This document shows positions 43,931-54,646 of a DNA stretch of 64,000 nucleotides, one piece after another. The stretch is from an uncultured bacterium (GTDB lineage: Bacteria > Armatimonadota > UBA5829 > DTLH01), in the NCBI GenBank assembly GCA_964497515.1, contig CAZCCV010000002.1:62252-126251 (forward strand). Direction: 5' to 3'. A program made the translations under genes and the position numbers. How positions within the stretch are numbered: position 1 is the stretch's first letter; every line of letters starts with the position of its first letter. The notes below the pieces were generated by a model. It searched no databases, was not told the DNA's origin, and worked only from the letters and a program-made list of their open reading frames with translations.

Positions 43931-45394
43931 ATGCCGAATGAACTGTACAAACTGACAGCGCATGAACTCCACGGACTTATCAGAGCTGGTGAGGTATCCT
44001 GTAGGGAAGTAACTGAGTCTGTCCTTAATCGGATCTCAAGTGTCGAAGACAGAGTAAAATCTTACGTTACCATAACCAACGAGCGTGCGCTGGAAAGAGC
44101 GGATTCACTCGACCGTCGTATTGCAGCAGGCGAACCAGTCGGTCCGCTCGCCGGCATACCTGTGGCGCTCAAAGACAATATGAACACCAAAGGGGTGTTG
44201 ACCACTTGTTCATCTAAGATTCTGGCAGACTATAAGCCGGTTTACGATGCTTCGGTGGTCGAAATGGTAGAGAGTGCAGGCGCTATCGTTGTAGGCAAGA
44301 CTAACCTCGATGAGTTTGCAATGGGGTCATCTACTGAGACCTCGGCGTTCTTTCCTACCAGAAACCCTTGGAACACAGACTACGTGCCTGGTGGGTCTAG
44401 CGGTGGCTCTTGTGCGGCTGTAGCGGCAGATGAGGCTGTCATCGCACTGGGATCAGATACTGGTGGTTCTATCCGCCAGCCAGCATCCTTCTGCGGTGTT
44501 GTTGGATTCAAACCTACGTACGGCCGAGTCTCGCGATATGGATTGATAGCTTTTGCATCTTCGCTCGATCAGATAGGGCCAATCACAAAAGATGTCACCG
44601 ACTGCGCGCTTATGATGAACGTCATTGCCGGGTACGACAGCCTGGATTCGACTTCTGTTGAAGCTCCCGTGCCGGATTACACTAAATCGCTGATACCAGA
44701 CGCAAAAGGGATCAGAATTGGAGTCCTCGAAGAGTTCTTCGCTCAAGGAGTAGATCCAGCGATTGTTGAATCAGTAATGAGTGCTGTTAGGCTGCTCTCG
44801 GAACTGGGCGCGGAGCACAAGCAGACTTCAATGAAAATGGTTGAATATGGTCTGCCAACCTATTTAATCATTGCGCCCGCCGAAGCTAGCTCCAACCTCG
44901 CTCGTTACGACGGCGTTCGTTTTGGAATGAGGACAGAAGGCGCATCCGATCCGATGTCTATGATTCAGAAGACTCGCGATGAAGGCTTTGGTCCCGAGGT
45001 AAAAGAACGCATTATGATCGGAGCCTACGCGCTATCGGCTGGCTTCTACGATGCTTACTATCTGAAAGCTCAGAAGGTTAGAACGCTTATCCGGCAGAGC
45101 TTCGAGAAGCTGTTTGAGGAGTTCGATGTGCTGGTGGCACCGACGTCCCCAACCGTAGCGTTTGCAGTTGGAGAGCGAACAGAAGATCCGTTCCAGATGA
45201 AACTGGCTGATATACTAACGATTCCAGCTAATATGGCTGGTATTCCCGCTATCTCTGTGCCGTGTGGGTTCGCTAATGGTCTGCCCATCGGATTGCAGAT
45301 TATTGGGAAATCGCTCGACGAAGAGACTGTTCTTCGTGTTGCTTATGCGTTCGAACAGGCGACGGACTGGCACAAAAAGAGACCGGGACTGTAG
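43931..45394 (+). CDS. gatA: Glutamyl-tRNA(Gln) amidotransferase subunit A
   Basis: Amidase signature [14 protein letters not shown], catalytic Ser-cisSer-Lys triad regions, GIPVALKDN. Confidence 0.95.
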   Translation: MPNELYKLTAHELHGLIRAGEVSCREVTESVLNRISSVEDRVKSYVTITNERALERADSLDRRIAAGEPVGPLAGIPVALKDNMNTKGVLTTCSSKILADYKPVYDASVVEMVESAGAIVVGKTNLDEFAMGSSTETSAFFPTRNPWNTDYVPGGSSGGSCAAVAADEAVIALGSDTGGSIRQPASFCGVVGFKPTYGRVSRYGLIAFASSLDQIGPITKDVTDCALMMNVIAGYDSLDSTSVEAPVPDYTKSLIPDAKGIRIGVLEEFFAQGVDPAIVESVMSAVRLLSELGAEHKQTSMKMVEYGLPTYLIIAPAEASSNLARYDGVRFGMRTEGASDPMSMIQKTRDEGFGPEVKERIMIGAYALSAGFYDAYYLKAQKVRTLIRQSFEKLFEEFDVLVAPTSPTVAFAVGERTEDPFQMKLADILTIPANMAGIPAISVPCGFANGLPIGLQIIGKSLDEETVLRVAYAFEQATDWHKKRPGL

Positions 45395-45403
45395 GCAGAG
45401 AAG

Positions 45404-46855
45404 ATGACTGAATACGAACCAGTAATTGGAATGGAAGTCCACGCAGAACTGTTGACAGAGAGCAAGATGTTCTGTGGCTGCAGAGTTGCTTTTGGAGGAG
45501 AACCGAATACACGGTGCTGTCCGGTATGTCTTGGCCTTCCGGGAGCGCTTCCTGTTATCAATAGTCGGGCAATTGAGCTTACTGCTCGCGCTGCACTCGC
45601 GCTCAACTGCGAAATCCCAGATCAGAGCATCTTCCATCGAAAGAACTATTTCTATCCGGATTTGCCCAAAGGGTATCAGATATCGCAGTTCGGCGACACA
45701 CCAATTGGTATTCGGGGTTATGTTGAGATAAATGTCAACGGCAAAACCAAGCGGATTGCGATAAAGCGTGTTCATCAGGAAGAGGACACAGGCAAACTGC
45801 TGCACGTCGAGGGTGACATAAGCCTGGTTGACTACAATCGAAGCGGTGTGCCACTGATGGAAATCGTCACTGAGCACAATCCTGAGGAGGGGTTCGATCA
45901 TATTACTTCTGCTAAAGAGGCTCGGGAATATCTGATCAGACTAAGAGCAATTCTTCTTTACGTAGGTGTGTCGGATGTCAAGCTGGAAGAGGGCAGTCTA
46001 CGGTGCGAACCGAACATTTCTATTCGGCCAAAAGGCAGCAAAGAGTTTGGCACCAAGACCGAAATAAAGAATCTCAACAGTTTCAGCGCAGTCTACAACG
46101 GCGTGCTCTACGAGATTGAGCGCCAGAAGAAGGTTCTGGCTCGCGGTGAGAAAGTCGTTCACGAGACTAGGAGATGGGATGAGTCAAGAGGTGTCACGTC
46201 GCCGATGCGCACCAAAGAGCTCGAACAGGAGTATCGCTATTTCCCAGATCCAGACTTAGTGCCTCTCTCGCTTACGAGGGACTGGGTAGAGTTGCAGCGC
46301 AAGGCACTTCCTGAACTGCCACAAGCGAAGAAGAACCGGTTTGTTCAGCAGTTTGGGCTGCCGGAGTACGACGCCGAGGTGCTCACCAATTCGAAGGCGC
46401 TCGCTGAGTTTTTTGAGAAGTCTGTTGATCTCCACCAGGATGCAAAAGCAGTGTCTAATTGGTTGATGGGCGATGTAATGAGACTGCTCAACGCTTCCGG
46501 TATTGAGATTCAGGATTCGAGACTTACACCTGAGAGCCTGGCCGCTATGCTCAAGCTGATAGATGAAGGAACTATCAGTGGGAAGATAGCAAAGACGGTG
46601 ATTGATGAAATGTTCGAAACCGGTAAGCACCCGGCCGAGATCGTCAAAGAGAAGGGGCTTGTGCAGATAACTGACGAATCCGAAATCGAGTCTGCGATAG
46701 ATGCTGTGCTTAACGATAATCCTTCGGAAGTTGAGCGCTACCGTGCTGGAAAGAAAGAGCTACTCGGTTTCTTCGTCGGGCAGGTAATGCGTGCTACAAA
46801 GGGCAAGGCCAACCCGGGAGCTGTAAACCGACTGCTGAAAGAGAAGCTTGAATAG
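45404..46855 (+). CDS. gatB: Glutamyl-tRNA(Gln) amidotransferase subunit B
   Basis: [38 protein letters not shown], and the C-terminal YqeY-like domain. Confidence 0.95.
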   Translation: MTEYEPVIGMEVHAELLTESKMFCGCRVAFGGEPNTRCCPVCLGLPGALPVINSRAIELTARAALALNCEIPDQSIFHRKNYFYPDLPKGYQISQFGDTPIGIRGYVEINVNGKTKRIAIKRVHQEEDTGKLLHVEGDISLVDYNRSGVPLMEIVTEHNPEEGFDHITSAKEAREYLIRLRAILLYVGVSDVKLEEGSLRCEPNISIRPKGSKEFGTKTEIKNLNSFSAVYNGVLYEIERQKKVLARGEKVVHETRRWDESRGVTSPMRTKELEQEYRYFPDPDLVPLSLTRDWVELQRKALPELPQAKKNRFVQQFGLPEYDAEVLTNSKALAEFFEKSVDLHQDAKAVSNWLMGDVMRLLNASGIEIQDSRLTPESLAAMLKLIDEGTISGKIAKTVIDEMFETGKHPAEIVKEKGLVQITDESEIESAIDAVLNDNPSEVERYRAGKKELLGFFVGQVMRATKGKANPGAVNRLLKEKLE

Positions 46856-46912
46856 CCAAAGAAGGCAGTAGCCTGCAAATCGATCTTCAAGATATGTTGT
46901 CTGAGGTGTTTC

Positions 46913-47728
46913 ATGGAATCTATCGGTGAGAAACTGAAAAACGCGCGCATCGAAAAAGGCTTGAGTCTTGCTGATGCCTATGAATCGACCCGAATTACAA
47001 TGCAGAATCTGGCGGCGTTGGAGGAAGATCGCTTCGACGCATTTGCAAATAGGGTGTATGCCAGAGCATTTTTAAGAGACTATGCAAACTATCTGGACGT
47101 AGACAGCACCGAATTGCTTCAGCAGTATGAAACACTGTGGAATATGGAAGCGCAAGCCGCTGCTGTACCGCCGAAGAAATCCAGGTCGCGGGCTGCGGCT
47201 TTTGTTGTGATTCTGCTGCTTCTTATTGGTACAGGCGGTGCCACATATTACTATTTGACATCAATGCAGCCTGTTCCAAAAACTGTCTCTTCAAAGTCGG
47301 AAACAAAGGCTAAGCCGGTAGAGCAAGCCAAATCAGCCAAACCCGCCAAACCAGACACGAAAGTGGCCGAAACTCAACCCACAACTGTAGATGCAGGCTC
47401 CGCTGGTAACAAAGATACTCCAGAAGAACAAAAAGAACCGAAAGACACCGGCTTGCTGCCGGCTGCGCCGCCAGGAATGGTTCAGGTGGTCTTCAAAGCG
47501 GTAGAAGGAGCATCGTGGGTCGATGTGAAGCGAGATGGCAAAAGAGAAGTGATCACAACTCTGCAGCAGGGACAGTCATACTCTGTGGCTCCAGCTAAAT
47601 CAATTCATATAAGAGCCGGTAATTCCGGAAACCTGCATGCTATTGTGAATGGCAAAGACCTTGGCCCCATCGGACCGAAAGGCCAACCGAAGAACGCCGA
47701 ATACAAAGCGGAGAACTTCCAACAGTAG
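46913..47728 (+). CDS. RodZ-like cytoskeletal protein (HTH + TM + DUF4115)
   Basis: N-terminal XRE-type HTH (IGEKLKNARIEKGLSLADAYESTRI), single TM (AAAFVVILLLLIGTGGATYYY), Lys/Pro-rich linker, C-terminal DUF4115 (VVFKAVEGASWVDVKRDG...IRAGNSGNLHAIVNGKDLG). Confidence 0.7.
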   Translation: MESIGEKLKNARIEKGLSLADAYESTRITMQNLAALEEDRFDAFANRVYARAFLRDYANYLDVDSTELLQQYETLWNMEAQAAAVPPKKSRSRAAAFVVILLLLIGTGGATYYYLTSMQPVPKTVSSKSETKAKPVEQAKSAKPAKPDTKVAETQPTTVDAGSAGNKDTPEEQKEPKDTGLLPAAPPGMVQVVFKAVEGASWVDVKRDGKREVITTLQQGQSYSVAPAKSIHIRAGNSGNLHAIVNGKDLGPIGPKGQPKNAEYKAENFQQ

Positions 47729-47742
47729 ACTTGAAGCAATGG

Positions 47743-47775
47743 GCCGGCACAGAAGCCGGCTCATATTCTAATTTG
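47743..47775 (+). terminator. Weak intrinsic terminator after the rodZ-like gene
   Basis: GCCGGC-acagaa-GCCGGC then TCATATTCTAATTT. Confidence 0.3.
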
Positions 47776-47911
47776 CACCTCTCCGTCCTTGCACAACCAG
47801 CACTGGTCTTCCCCTTCTAAAGGAAATTACGGCTACTTTGGCTAAGTATGGTTTCGGGTGTCTCGCCAACAGAGACACAGTATACGAAAGGACAGGTTTC
47901 CCAGGCACCCA

Positions 47912-48706
47912 ATGACTATTCTCATTACCAACGATGACGGCATTCACTCAGAAGGAATCCTCGCTCTAAAGACAGCACTCAAAACTGTTGGAAAGGTGCT
48001 TGTAGTAGCACCAGACCGCCCGAGGAGCGCATCGGGACATTCTATAACACTTCACAAACCCCTCCGCGTTCACAGAGTGAGGATGGCTGATGGCGAGTAT
48101 GGTTTTGCTTCCAATGGCACTCCTTCAGATTGTGTGTCTCTAGGTGTTTTGGACCTCGCTGAATCGAAGGTTGATCTTGTAGTGTCGGGAATCAATCACG
48201 GTCCGAACCTGGGATGGGATCTCACATATTCTGGCACCGTTTCTGCAGCGATGGAAGGGGCTGTAATGGGGATACAGTCGTTTGCAGTATCCGTTGCAGC
48301 ATTCGATCATCCAAGATACGAGTATGCAGCCAGTTTTTCTGCTCACTTGGCTAGGATTCTATTCGAGAATAAACTGCCGGAGAGCGTGCTTCTCAACGTA
48401 AATGTTCCTGCAGCTCCACCGGAAGAGATAAAAGAGATCGAAATCACAAAGCAGGGCAAACGGCACTATGGTGGAAAACTCGACAAGAGAGTCGATCCCG
48501 CCGGACGCGCTTACTATTGGCTGGGTGGTGAACCTCCCACAGACGAAGCAGGCGACGGAACCGATGTTAAAGCGATTGCAGAAGGCAGAGTATCTGTCAC
48601 GCCTGTGCATCTCGACCTCACTGGCTACTCGGTGCTGGAACAGGTCGAAAAATGGGGTGTTAAAGCATTTTATTACTTTGCAGGGCACAGCCAACAAAAC
48701 GGCTAA
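47912..48706 (+). CDS. surE: 5'/3'-nucleotidase SurE
   Basis: MTILITNDDGIHSEGI (DD metal site), GINHGPNLG, and the SurE C-terminal region. The track ORF starts at 47858, but the conserved N-terminus begins at ATG 47912. Confidence 0.9.
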   Translation: MTILITNDDGIHSEGILALKTALKTVGKVLVVAPDRPRSASGHSITLHKPLRVHRVRMADGEYGFASNGTPSDCVSLGVLDLAESKVDLVVSGINHGPNLGWDLTYSGTVSAAMEGAVMGIQSFAVSVAAFDHPRYEYAASFSAHLARILFENKLPESVLLNVNVPAAPPEEIKEIEITKQGKRHYGGKLDKRVDPAGRAYYWLGGEPPTDEAGDGTDVKAIAEGRVSVTPVHLDLTGYSVLEQVEKWGVKAFYYFAGHSQQNG

Positions 48707-48759
48707 CTCTTTCTTAGTAGGTTAGGCTCCAAGTTGCGATAAGCCAAAGGAGGACGGCA

Positions 48760-49497
48760 TTGGCAAAAACAATTCGAGTCACAGTCTGGAATGAGTACAG
48801 GCACGAAAAGCATCCGGATAGAGAACCCGCGAAAGTCTATCCTGAGGGGATGCACGCCGCAATTGCTAAGCATCTGAGTGCTCAGCCCGGTCTCGAACTC
48901 CGTACAGCTACACAGGATGAGCCCGAGCACGGGCTTACCGAAGAAGTTCTGGCAAACACCGACGTTCTGACGTGGTGGGGGCACATAGCTCACCATGAGG
49001 TATCGGATGATATTGTCAACCGAGTACATAAACGTGTTGTCGAAGATGGCATGGGGTTGATTGTTCTGCACTCTGGCCATTTGTCGAAACCGTTTGTGAA
49101 GCTGATGGGAACTGCTTGCACGCTTAAATGGCGGGAGGCGGGAGAGAAAGAGCGGCTTTGGGTTATCGACCGATCACACCCAATTGTCGAAGGTGTGCCC
49201 GACTATTTTGAGCTTCCACATACCGAGATGTACGGTGAGCCTTTCAGCATACCCGCTCCGGATGAACTCGTGTTCGTGAGCTGGTTCCAGGGTGGGGAAG
49301 TGTTCCGCAGTGGATGCTGCTGGCACAGAGGCCGGGGGAAGGTCTTCTACTTCCGACCGGGACACGAGACATTCCCTATCTTCTACGATGAGAATGTGCT
49401 TAGGGTAATCACAAACGCTGTTCGCTGGGCTGCTCCTGTAGCCGGGCCAGCAATGGCGTCTGGAGCTTCATGCCCGCCACTCGAGAGCCTGGATTAG
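48760..49497 (+). CDS. ThuA-like (trehalose-utilisation / class-I glutamine amidotransferase-like) protein
   Basis: [12 protein letters not shown]...[40 protein letters not shown] are typical ThuA-family motifs. Confidence 0.6.
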   Translation: MAKTIRVTVWNEYRHEKHPDREPAKVYPEGMHAAIAKHLSAQPGLELRTATQDEPEHGLTEEVLANTDVLTWWGHIAHHEVSDDIVNRVHKRVVEDGMGLIVLHSGHLSKPFVKLMGTACTLKWREAGEKERLWVIDRSHPIVEGVPDYFELPHTEMYGEPFSIPAPDELVFVSWFQGGEVFRSGCCWHRGRGKVFYFRPGHETFPIFYDENVLRVITNAVRWAAPVAGPAMASGASCPPLESLD

Positions 49498-49542
49498 CCA
49501 ACAGGGTTGATCTTGTCACTTGTTTGGGGCAAAGGTTAGGTT

Positions 49543-49571
49543 CTGGTCTGAAGCCGTGCTCTTCAGACCAG
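49543..49571. terminator. Bidirectional intrinsic terminator between the convergent thuA-like gene and pdh operon
   Basis: CTGGTCTGAAG-ccgtgct-CTTCAGACCAG, a perfect 11-bp stem, lying in the gap between the two convergent genes. Confidence 0.55.
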
Positions 49572-49711
49572 AGCCAGAAGAAAGGAGGTGAAAAGAGAAA
49601 AGGATACTGTTTGTCTCTTTCTACTTCTTATACGACTCTTTCACCACATTAGTTCCCAGATTATCGTACTGTTTCGGTCTGAAATATACTCCCAAAGAGC
49701 AGGCTTATCGC

Positions 49712-50986
49712 TCACTCCAACAGAGTCATCGGATGCTCTAGTGCGTGCTTCAGATCTCTCAAGAATTCTGCCACTCTCGCTCCGTCTACTACTCTGTGGT
49801 CAGCGGAAACAGTCAGTCTCATCTTCTTTCTGATCTTGACCTCGTCATCCACTACAACGGGCTGAGGTATCGCGGCACCAACCGCCAGAATTGCTGCCTG
49901 TGGCGGCACGATTATTGCCTGGAACTCGTCTACTTCGTACATTCCGAGGTTGGTTATAGAGAATGTTGCACCAGAATACTCGTCTGGACGAATCTCTCCT
50001 TGTCTTGCGCGATTGATCAAGTCCCGCGCTTCACTCGAAATATCAGAGAGTGACTTGTTGGCGCAGTCACGAACCACGGGTGTGATGAGGCCGTCTGGGA
50101 GAGCTACTGCGATGCCAATATTTATCGAGTCGTGCATCTTAATCCTGTAGCCTTCTTCGTACGATGCATTCATAACATCGTGCTTTGCCAGGCTCATCGC
50201 AGCAGCCTTGATTACGATGTCGTTCACACTGATCTTCTGGTCGGGTTCACGCGTGGAGTTGATTCGTTCCCGAATACGGAGAGCTTCATCCATAATCACA
50301 CTGGTGCTTACGTAGAAGTGTGGTGTTGTCGTCTTGCTTTCCGTCATACGTTTGGCCACAGTCTCCCATATCCGCCCTATAGGAACCGCTGATTCAACGC
50401 GCCTTTCAGGAACCGGAGCAGCGGGTGGCTCGACCTTTGCAGGGCGATCCTTCTCCTCTGGCCGCAAGACTGGTTTGCCAATTCGTTCTATGTGCCTCTT
50501 CACATCAGCTTCCACGATTCGCCCGCCGGGGCCTGTGCCAGTTACTTCGCTCAGTTCAACTCCGGCATCTAATGCTATTTTGCGGGCAAGCGGAGATGCT
50601 TTGGGTGTAGGACTCTCCCTGCCCGCATCTTGCACTGGTTGCACACTCGGTTCAGGTGGAGGTGTGGGTTTCTTCTCATCTTCCTCTGCAATTGGCGGAG
50701 GTGGGGGAGTAGGAGCCTCTTCCTTTTTCTCCTCAGCTATGCTCGCAGCTCCAGCGGAGGATATGATTCCTATGGATGTGCCAATGGGAGCACTTTCGCC
50801 TTCTTGAACAGAAATCTGCTGCAATACTCCGGATTCAGGCGCTTCCAGTTCAACATTCGCTTTGTCAGTTTCGATCTCTGCTATTGGTTCGCCTTTCTGT
50901 ATCTCATCTCCAACGTGTTTTATCCAACGGAGAACCTTTCCTTCCTCCATTGCATCACTCATTTTTGGCATTATGATTTCAGCCAT
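49712..50986 (-). CDS. Dihydrolipoamide acetyltransferase (E2) of the pyruvate/2-oxoacid dehydrogenase complex
   Basis: N-terminal lipoyl domain with lipoyl-lysine motif EIETDKANVE; Pro/Ala-rich linkers; E3-binding domain (SPLARKIALDAGVEL); catalytic domain with SADHRVVDGA. Confidence 0.9.
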   Translation of the reverse strand: MAEIIMPKMSDAMEEGKVLRWIKHVGDEIQKGEPIAEIETDKANVELEAPESGVLQQISVQEGESAPIGTSIGIISSAGAASIAEEKKEEAPTPPPPPIAEEDEKKPTPPPEPSVQPVQDAGRESPTPKASPLARKIALDAGVELSEVTGTGPGGRIVEADVKRHIERIGKPVLRPEEKDRPAKVEPPAAPVPERRVESAVPIGRIWETVAKRMTESKTTTPHFYVSTSVIMDEALRIRERINSTREPDQKISVNDIVIKAAAMSLAKHDVMNASYEEGYRIKMHDSINIGIAVALPDGLITPVVRDCANKSLSDISSEARDLINRARQGEIRPDEYSGATFSITNLGMYEVDEFQAIIVPPQAAILAVGAAIPQPVVVDDEVKIRKKMRLTVSADHRVVDGARVAEFLRDLKHALEHPMTLLE

Positions 50987-51087
50987 CGAGACAACCTCCT
51001 GAACAAGCTACAATCGCGTATCATCTGATACATAGAGAGCCACCTCTTCTTTGTATAGACTCCCGAGCATACGGACTCGCGATCTCT

Positions 51088-52122
51088 CTATTCGTGTTTT
51101 AGCTCCATTATCTCTTTGGTTGCGCGCCGAAGCGGTAGACGGCACTCGTGCCCAATTGCACAGCGGACAGCGTTAATCACTTTCGCCTCATCCGGTAGTG
51201 CAGAGCGTTCCAGATTCTTGGAGTAGGGCATTGGTACATCCTCTGAAGTGACCCGGAAGATAGGCGCATCGAAGTAATCGAAGGCTGTCTCCTGCAATCT
51301 GGCCATAATCTCTGCACCGGCTCCGCAGGTAGGCCAGTCTTCTTCTACGATAACTGCTCGATGGGTCTTTTTAACAGATTCTGTGAGAGTGTCGACATCT
51401 AGCGGTCTGAGGCTTCGAAGGTCGATTACTTCCGCCTCAATTCCTTCCGCCGAAAGTGTGTTTGCGGCAGAGAGTGCAATCTGTGTAGTTCTAAGATAGG
51501 TGATGATTGTTACATCCTTACCCTCTCTCTTTACGTCTGCCACACCTATCGGAATTGTGTATTCTTCCTCTGGAACCTCGCCTTTTACAGTGTATAGGAG
51601 TTCGTGCTCAAGGAATATCACAGGGTTTTCGTCGCGAATGGCGCTCTTTAGTAGCCCTTTGGCATCGTACGGTGAAGCAGCAGCGACTACTTTGAGGCCA
51701 GGCACGTGCATAAACCACGATTCCAGGTTCTGGGAATGTTGTGCACCGAGCTGCATTCCAGCTCCTTGTGGCGCGCGAATCACTAGCGGCACTTTTATCT
51801 GTCCACCCGACATATAACGGAGCTTTGCAGCGTGGTTGACTATTTGATCCATCGCGAGGAGTGCGAAGTTCACAGTCATCATCTCGACAACCGGTCTCAA
51901 CCCTACCATTGCCGCTCCGATTCCTGCGCCAGCAATCGCTTCTTCCGATATCGGGGTATCCAGAACCCGTTTTTCGCCAAACTCCGCCAACAGATTTTCA
52001 GTTACACGGTAAGCACCTTGGTATTCGGCAACTTCCTCACCCATAATGAACACGTTTGGGTCTCGGCGCATTTCTTCTCGAAGAGCAAGATTGAGCGCTT
52101 GTCTGTACATCATAACCGGCAT
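51088..52122 (-). CDS. pdhB: Pyruvate/2-oxoacid dehydrogenase E1 component beta subunit
   Basis: MYRQALNLALREEMRRDPNVFIMGEEV, TPISEEAIAGAGIGAAMVGLRP, and the transketolase-like C-terminal domain. Confidence 0.9.
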   Translation of the reverse strand: MPVMMYRQALNLALREEMRRDPNVFIMGEEVAEYQGAYRVTENLLAEFGEKRVLDTPISEEAIAGAGIGAAMVGLRPVVEMMTVNFALLAMDQIVNHAAKLRYMSGGQIKVPLVIRAPQGAGMQLGAQHSQNLESWFMHVPGLKVVAAASPYDAKGLLKSAIRDENPVIFLEHELLYTVKGEVPEEEYTIPIGVADVKREGKDVTIITYLRTTQIALSAANTLSAEGIEAEVIDLRSLRPLDVDTLTESVKKTHRAVIVEEDWPTCGAGAEIMARLQETAFDYFDAPIFRVTSEDVPMPYSKNLERSALPDEAKVINAVRCAIGHECRLPLRRATKEIMELKHE

Positions 52123-52170
52123 TATTTCACACCTCCGGAGAGCATATTGTCGCTAATTTTCGACTGACCT

Positions 52171-53127
52171 TTATGCGTATACATGCTGGAAGAGTTCTTC
52201 GTGACTCGGTTCCGGCGATTCGTCTGCAAAACGAATTGCGTCTTCAACGATTTCAGTTATCTCAGAATCGATTGCGTCGATATCTTCCTGCGAGATAATA
52301 TGATTTTCTAAAAGGTGTTGTTGGAACTTAGTTATCGGATCCCGTGTTTTCCAATCGGCAATCTCATCTTTCGTGCGGTAAGCTCCCGGGTCAGCAATGG
52401 AGTGACCGTAGTAGCGATAGGTGTTCGCTTCAACGAATCGAGGTTCTTTGTTGCGTCGGGCCAGGCGAATTGCGCGGTCCGCGACCTCTCGAACAGCTAA
52501 CAGATCCATACCGTCCACCGATTCAACTTCAATGTCGTAGCATTGAGCCCTTCTGAAAACCTCGGTGACCGAGGAAGCTCGTGTGATTGCCGTTCCCATT
52601 CCATAAAGATTATTTTCGCAGACGTATATGACGGGTAGTCTCCAGAGTGATGCAAGATTCAGAGATTCGTGGAATGATCCTTCGTTTACTGCACCGTCTC
52701 CAAAAAAGCAGATGACTACTTGGTCGGTCTCCCTGTAGTTGATGGCAAATCCTACTCCAGTAGCAAGTGGCAGTCCTCCGCCTACTATTCCGTGACCGCC
52801 CATGAAGTTTCTGTCTGCATCATACATGTGCATAGATCCGCCTTTGCCTTTGGAGACTCCGGTGTTTTTGCCGAAGAGTTCAGCCATAGCTCTTCGGGGC
52901 TCAACGCCGCGAACAAGTGCTTGTCCGTGCTCGCGATATGCGCCAATCACATAGTCATCTTCTCGCAACGCAGAGATGAACCCAACAGCTACAGCTTCCT
53001 GTCCTGCATATAGATGCAGGAAGCCGCCGATTTTGCCCATCCTGTACATATCGTTCGAACGGTCTTCAAACTTACGGATTAAGACCATATGGCGATACAT
53101 CTCAATCAGTTCGCTCTTTTCCATCAT
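52171..53127 (-). CDS. pdhA: Pyruvate/2-oxoacid dehydrogenase E1 component alpha subunit
   Basis: TPP-binding motif FFGDGAVNEGSFHESLNLA, GxYREHGQ, ENNLYGMGT. Confidence 0.9.
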   Translation of the reverse strand: MMEKSELIEMYRHMVLIRKFEDRSNDMYRMGKIGGFLHLYAGQEAVAVGFISALREDDYVIGAYREHGQALVRGVEPRRAMAELFGKNTGVSKGKGGSMHMYDADRNFMGGHGIVGGGLPLATGVGFAINYRETDQVVICFFGDGAVNEGSFHESLNLASLWRLPVIYVCENNLYGMGTAITRASSVTEVFRRAQCYDIEVESVDGMDLLAVREVADRAIRLARRNKEPRFVEANTYRYYGHSIADPGAYRTKDEIADWKTRDPITKFQQHLLENHIISQEDIDAIDSEITEIVEDAIRFADESPEPSHEELFQHVYA

Positions 53128-53330
53128 TAATGCTCCCTCTCCAACCCTGCAGAATCACACTGTTTAACCTGCGTAATATGGGCTGGGCATTTGTCGTATC
53201 CCTAGAGAAATCAGCACCTTTTACGTTACCTTTCGGGATTGATGCAAAGTAGTCTGCCAATTCATCGTTTCTATCATGTACCCAAATCTGAGCAGATTGC
53301 CTCACTAATGCTGAGGTTTTTTGTCCAGAA

Positions 53331-53359
53331 TTGACTTTAAATCAACATATCAGTATTTC
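53331..53359 (+). promoter_or_regulatory. Putative promoter for the second PEP-CTERM gene (TTGACT-17-TATTTC)
   Basis: Hexamers read from the sequence; implies an about 200-nt 5' UTR. Lies in the divergent intergenic region shared with the pdh operon. Confidence 0.25.
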
Positions 53360-53556
53360 TAACAGGCTTCTTGCGTGCGCTTGGCACTTTTGGCACGGTT
53401 CTTGCAGAATACTTAATCGTGCTCCGGATAGGATATGAAGTGTGCCTATCGGGAGTCACCTTATCGATGTCCTTACATACAGGGGCAGCGAGCGACGTAA
53501 GGTGGGGCGTTGTGCTGTCCCCATAATTGCTATTTCGGAAAGGAGAGAAATCTACT

Positions 53557-54126
53557 ATGAAGAAGCTGCTTCTTCTTGCGGTCCTGGCCTTCGCACTGGC
53601 TCTGCCGACTATGGCACAGACCGCCGAGCCATTCTTCCAGTTGGATATCGACAACGATCCGTTGACGGCGATCCCTGGACCTGATTATGTGATCGAACTT
53701 GGCAACCACGATGCGAACGGCTTTACAAACGTCAATCTGTTTGCACACGTTGGAATGCCCGGTATGGAAGGCTACCAATTGCAGGCCAAGCAGGTGTCAT
53801 TCCACTACTGGATTTGGCGCAACGACGACCAGCCTGCAAAGGGCAAGTTTGTGGTTGACCACATCTTCCAGCCGAACGACGGTTTTGTGATTTCGCAGTG
53901 GTTTGAGTGGGCAGACATTGCCACCAACAAGCCGTACTGCACATATTTCAAAGTGCAGGCCGACATCACCTTCGAGATCATCGAAAATGGTGATCCGATG
54001 ACCTTCTCGCTGGTGTCCAACGAGCTGACATTCCACGTGGACGTTCCGGAGCCCGGCTCACTGTTGGCATTCGGAACCGGACTGACTGGACTGATCGGTT
54101 TCGCAGTTCGCCGACGCCGAATGTAA
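53557..54126 (+). CDS. PEP-CTERM sorting-domain secreted protein
   Basis: GGAGAG RBS; signal peptide MKKLLLLAVLAFALALPTMA; C-terminus VPEPGSLLAFGTGLTGLIGFAVRRRRM (PEP motif, TM, Arg tail). The track ORF starts at 53527; Met 53557 chosen. Confidence 0.85.
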   Translation: MKKLLLLAVLAFALALPTMAQTAEPFFQLDIDNDPLTAIPGPDYVIELGNHDANGFTNVNLFAHVGMPGMEGYQLQAKQVSFHYWIWRNDDQPAKGKFVVDHIFQPNDGFVISQWFEWADIATNKPYCTYFKVQADITFEIIENGDPMTFSLVSNELTFHVDVPEPGSLLAFGTGLTGLIGFAVRRRRM

Positions 54127-54148
54127 TATAGGCTAGTTCCTAGTCTTG

Positions 54149-54183
54149 AAGCCCGACCTTCTAAACAGAGGTCGGGCTTTTTC
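54149..54183 (+). terminator. Rho-independent terminator after the second PEP-CTERM gene
   Basis: AAGCCCGACC-ttctaaacag-AGGTCGGGCTT followed by TTTTTC. It sits inside the 5' part of track ORF 54146..54646, which argues against that extension. Confidence 0.65.
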
Positions 54184-54316
54184 AATTACTTGCCTGCATA
54201 TGCTGAAGTGCATTGCTGCCTTCCGATCACTTGCCACTTTTTTGCCTGTACCTTACAATGTTGTCAACGCCCGTGTACCGCGCTTAGGTCCTCGAAGGGC
54301 AGGGAGGTCTGCTGCT

Positions 54317-54646
54317 ATGAAGATGCTAATCACAATCATTCACGAACGCGACCATCACAGAGTCTCCGATACGCTGTTGACGGCAGGATATAAGTTTACG
54401 AAAGTCTCCACCACAGGCGGCTTCTTGCGAGACGGAAATGCCACACTTTTGATCGGTGTGGACGATGATGATGTTGATGTCGTTATGGGGCTGGTCAAAG
54501 ATTCCTGCAAAACCCGTGAGCAATACGTCAGTCTGCCCCCGCCCGATGTAATGCCTGCCGGAACGTTTATTCCTAATCCGGTTAGAGTGTCGGTGGGTGG
54601 CGCTGTTGTATTCGTCGTCGATGTCGAAAGGTTCGAGCGTCTATGA
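54317..54646 (+). CDS. darA: PII-like cyclic-di-AMP receptor DarA (YaaQ/DUF970 family)
   Basis: 109 aa MKMLITIIHERDHHRVSDTLLTAGYKFTKVSTTGGFLRDGNATLLIGVDDDDVDVVMGLVKDSCKTREQYV...GGAVVFVVDVERFERL aligns closely with B. subtilis YaaQ/DarA (MKLIVAIVQDQDSNELSDAL...ATKLATTGGFLRSGNTTFLCGV...). Stop overlaps the holB start by 4 nt. Confidence 0.8.
   Translation: MKMLITIIHERDHHRVSDTLLTAGYKFTKVSTTGGFLRDGNATLLIGVDDDDVDVVMGLVKDSCKTREQYVSLPPPDVMPAGTFIPNPVRVSVGGAVVFVVDVERFERL

Noticed and set aside
54146-54316. N-terminal 57-codon extension of the DarA ORF
   Set aside because: Contains the strong intrinsic terminator of the upstream PEP-CTERM gene, has no RBS, and DarA homologues begin exactly at MKMLITII.
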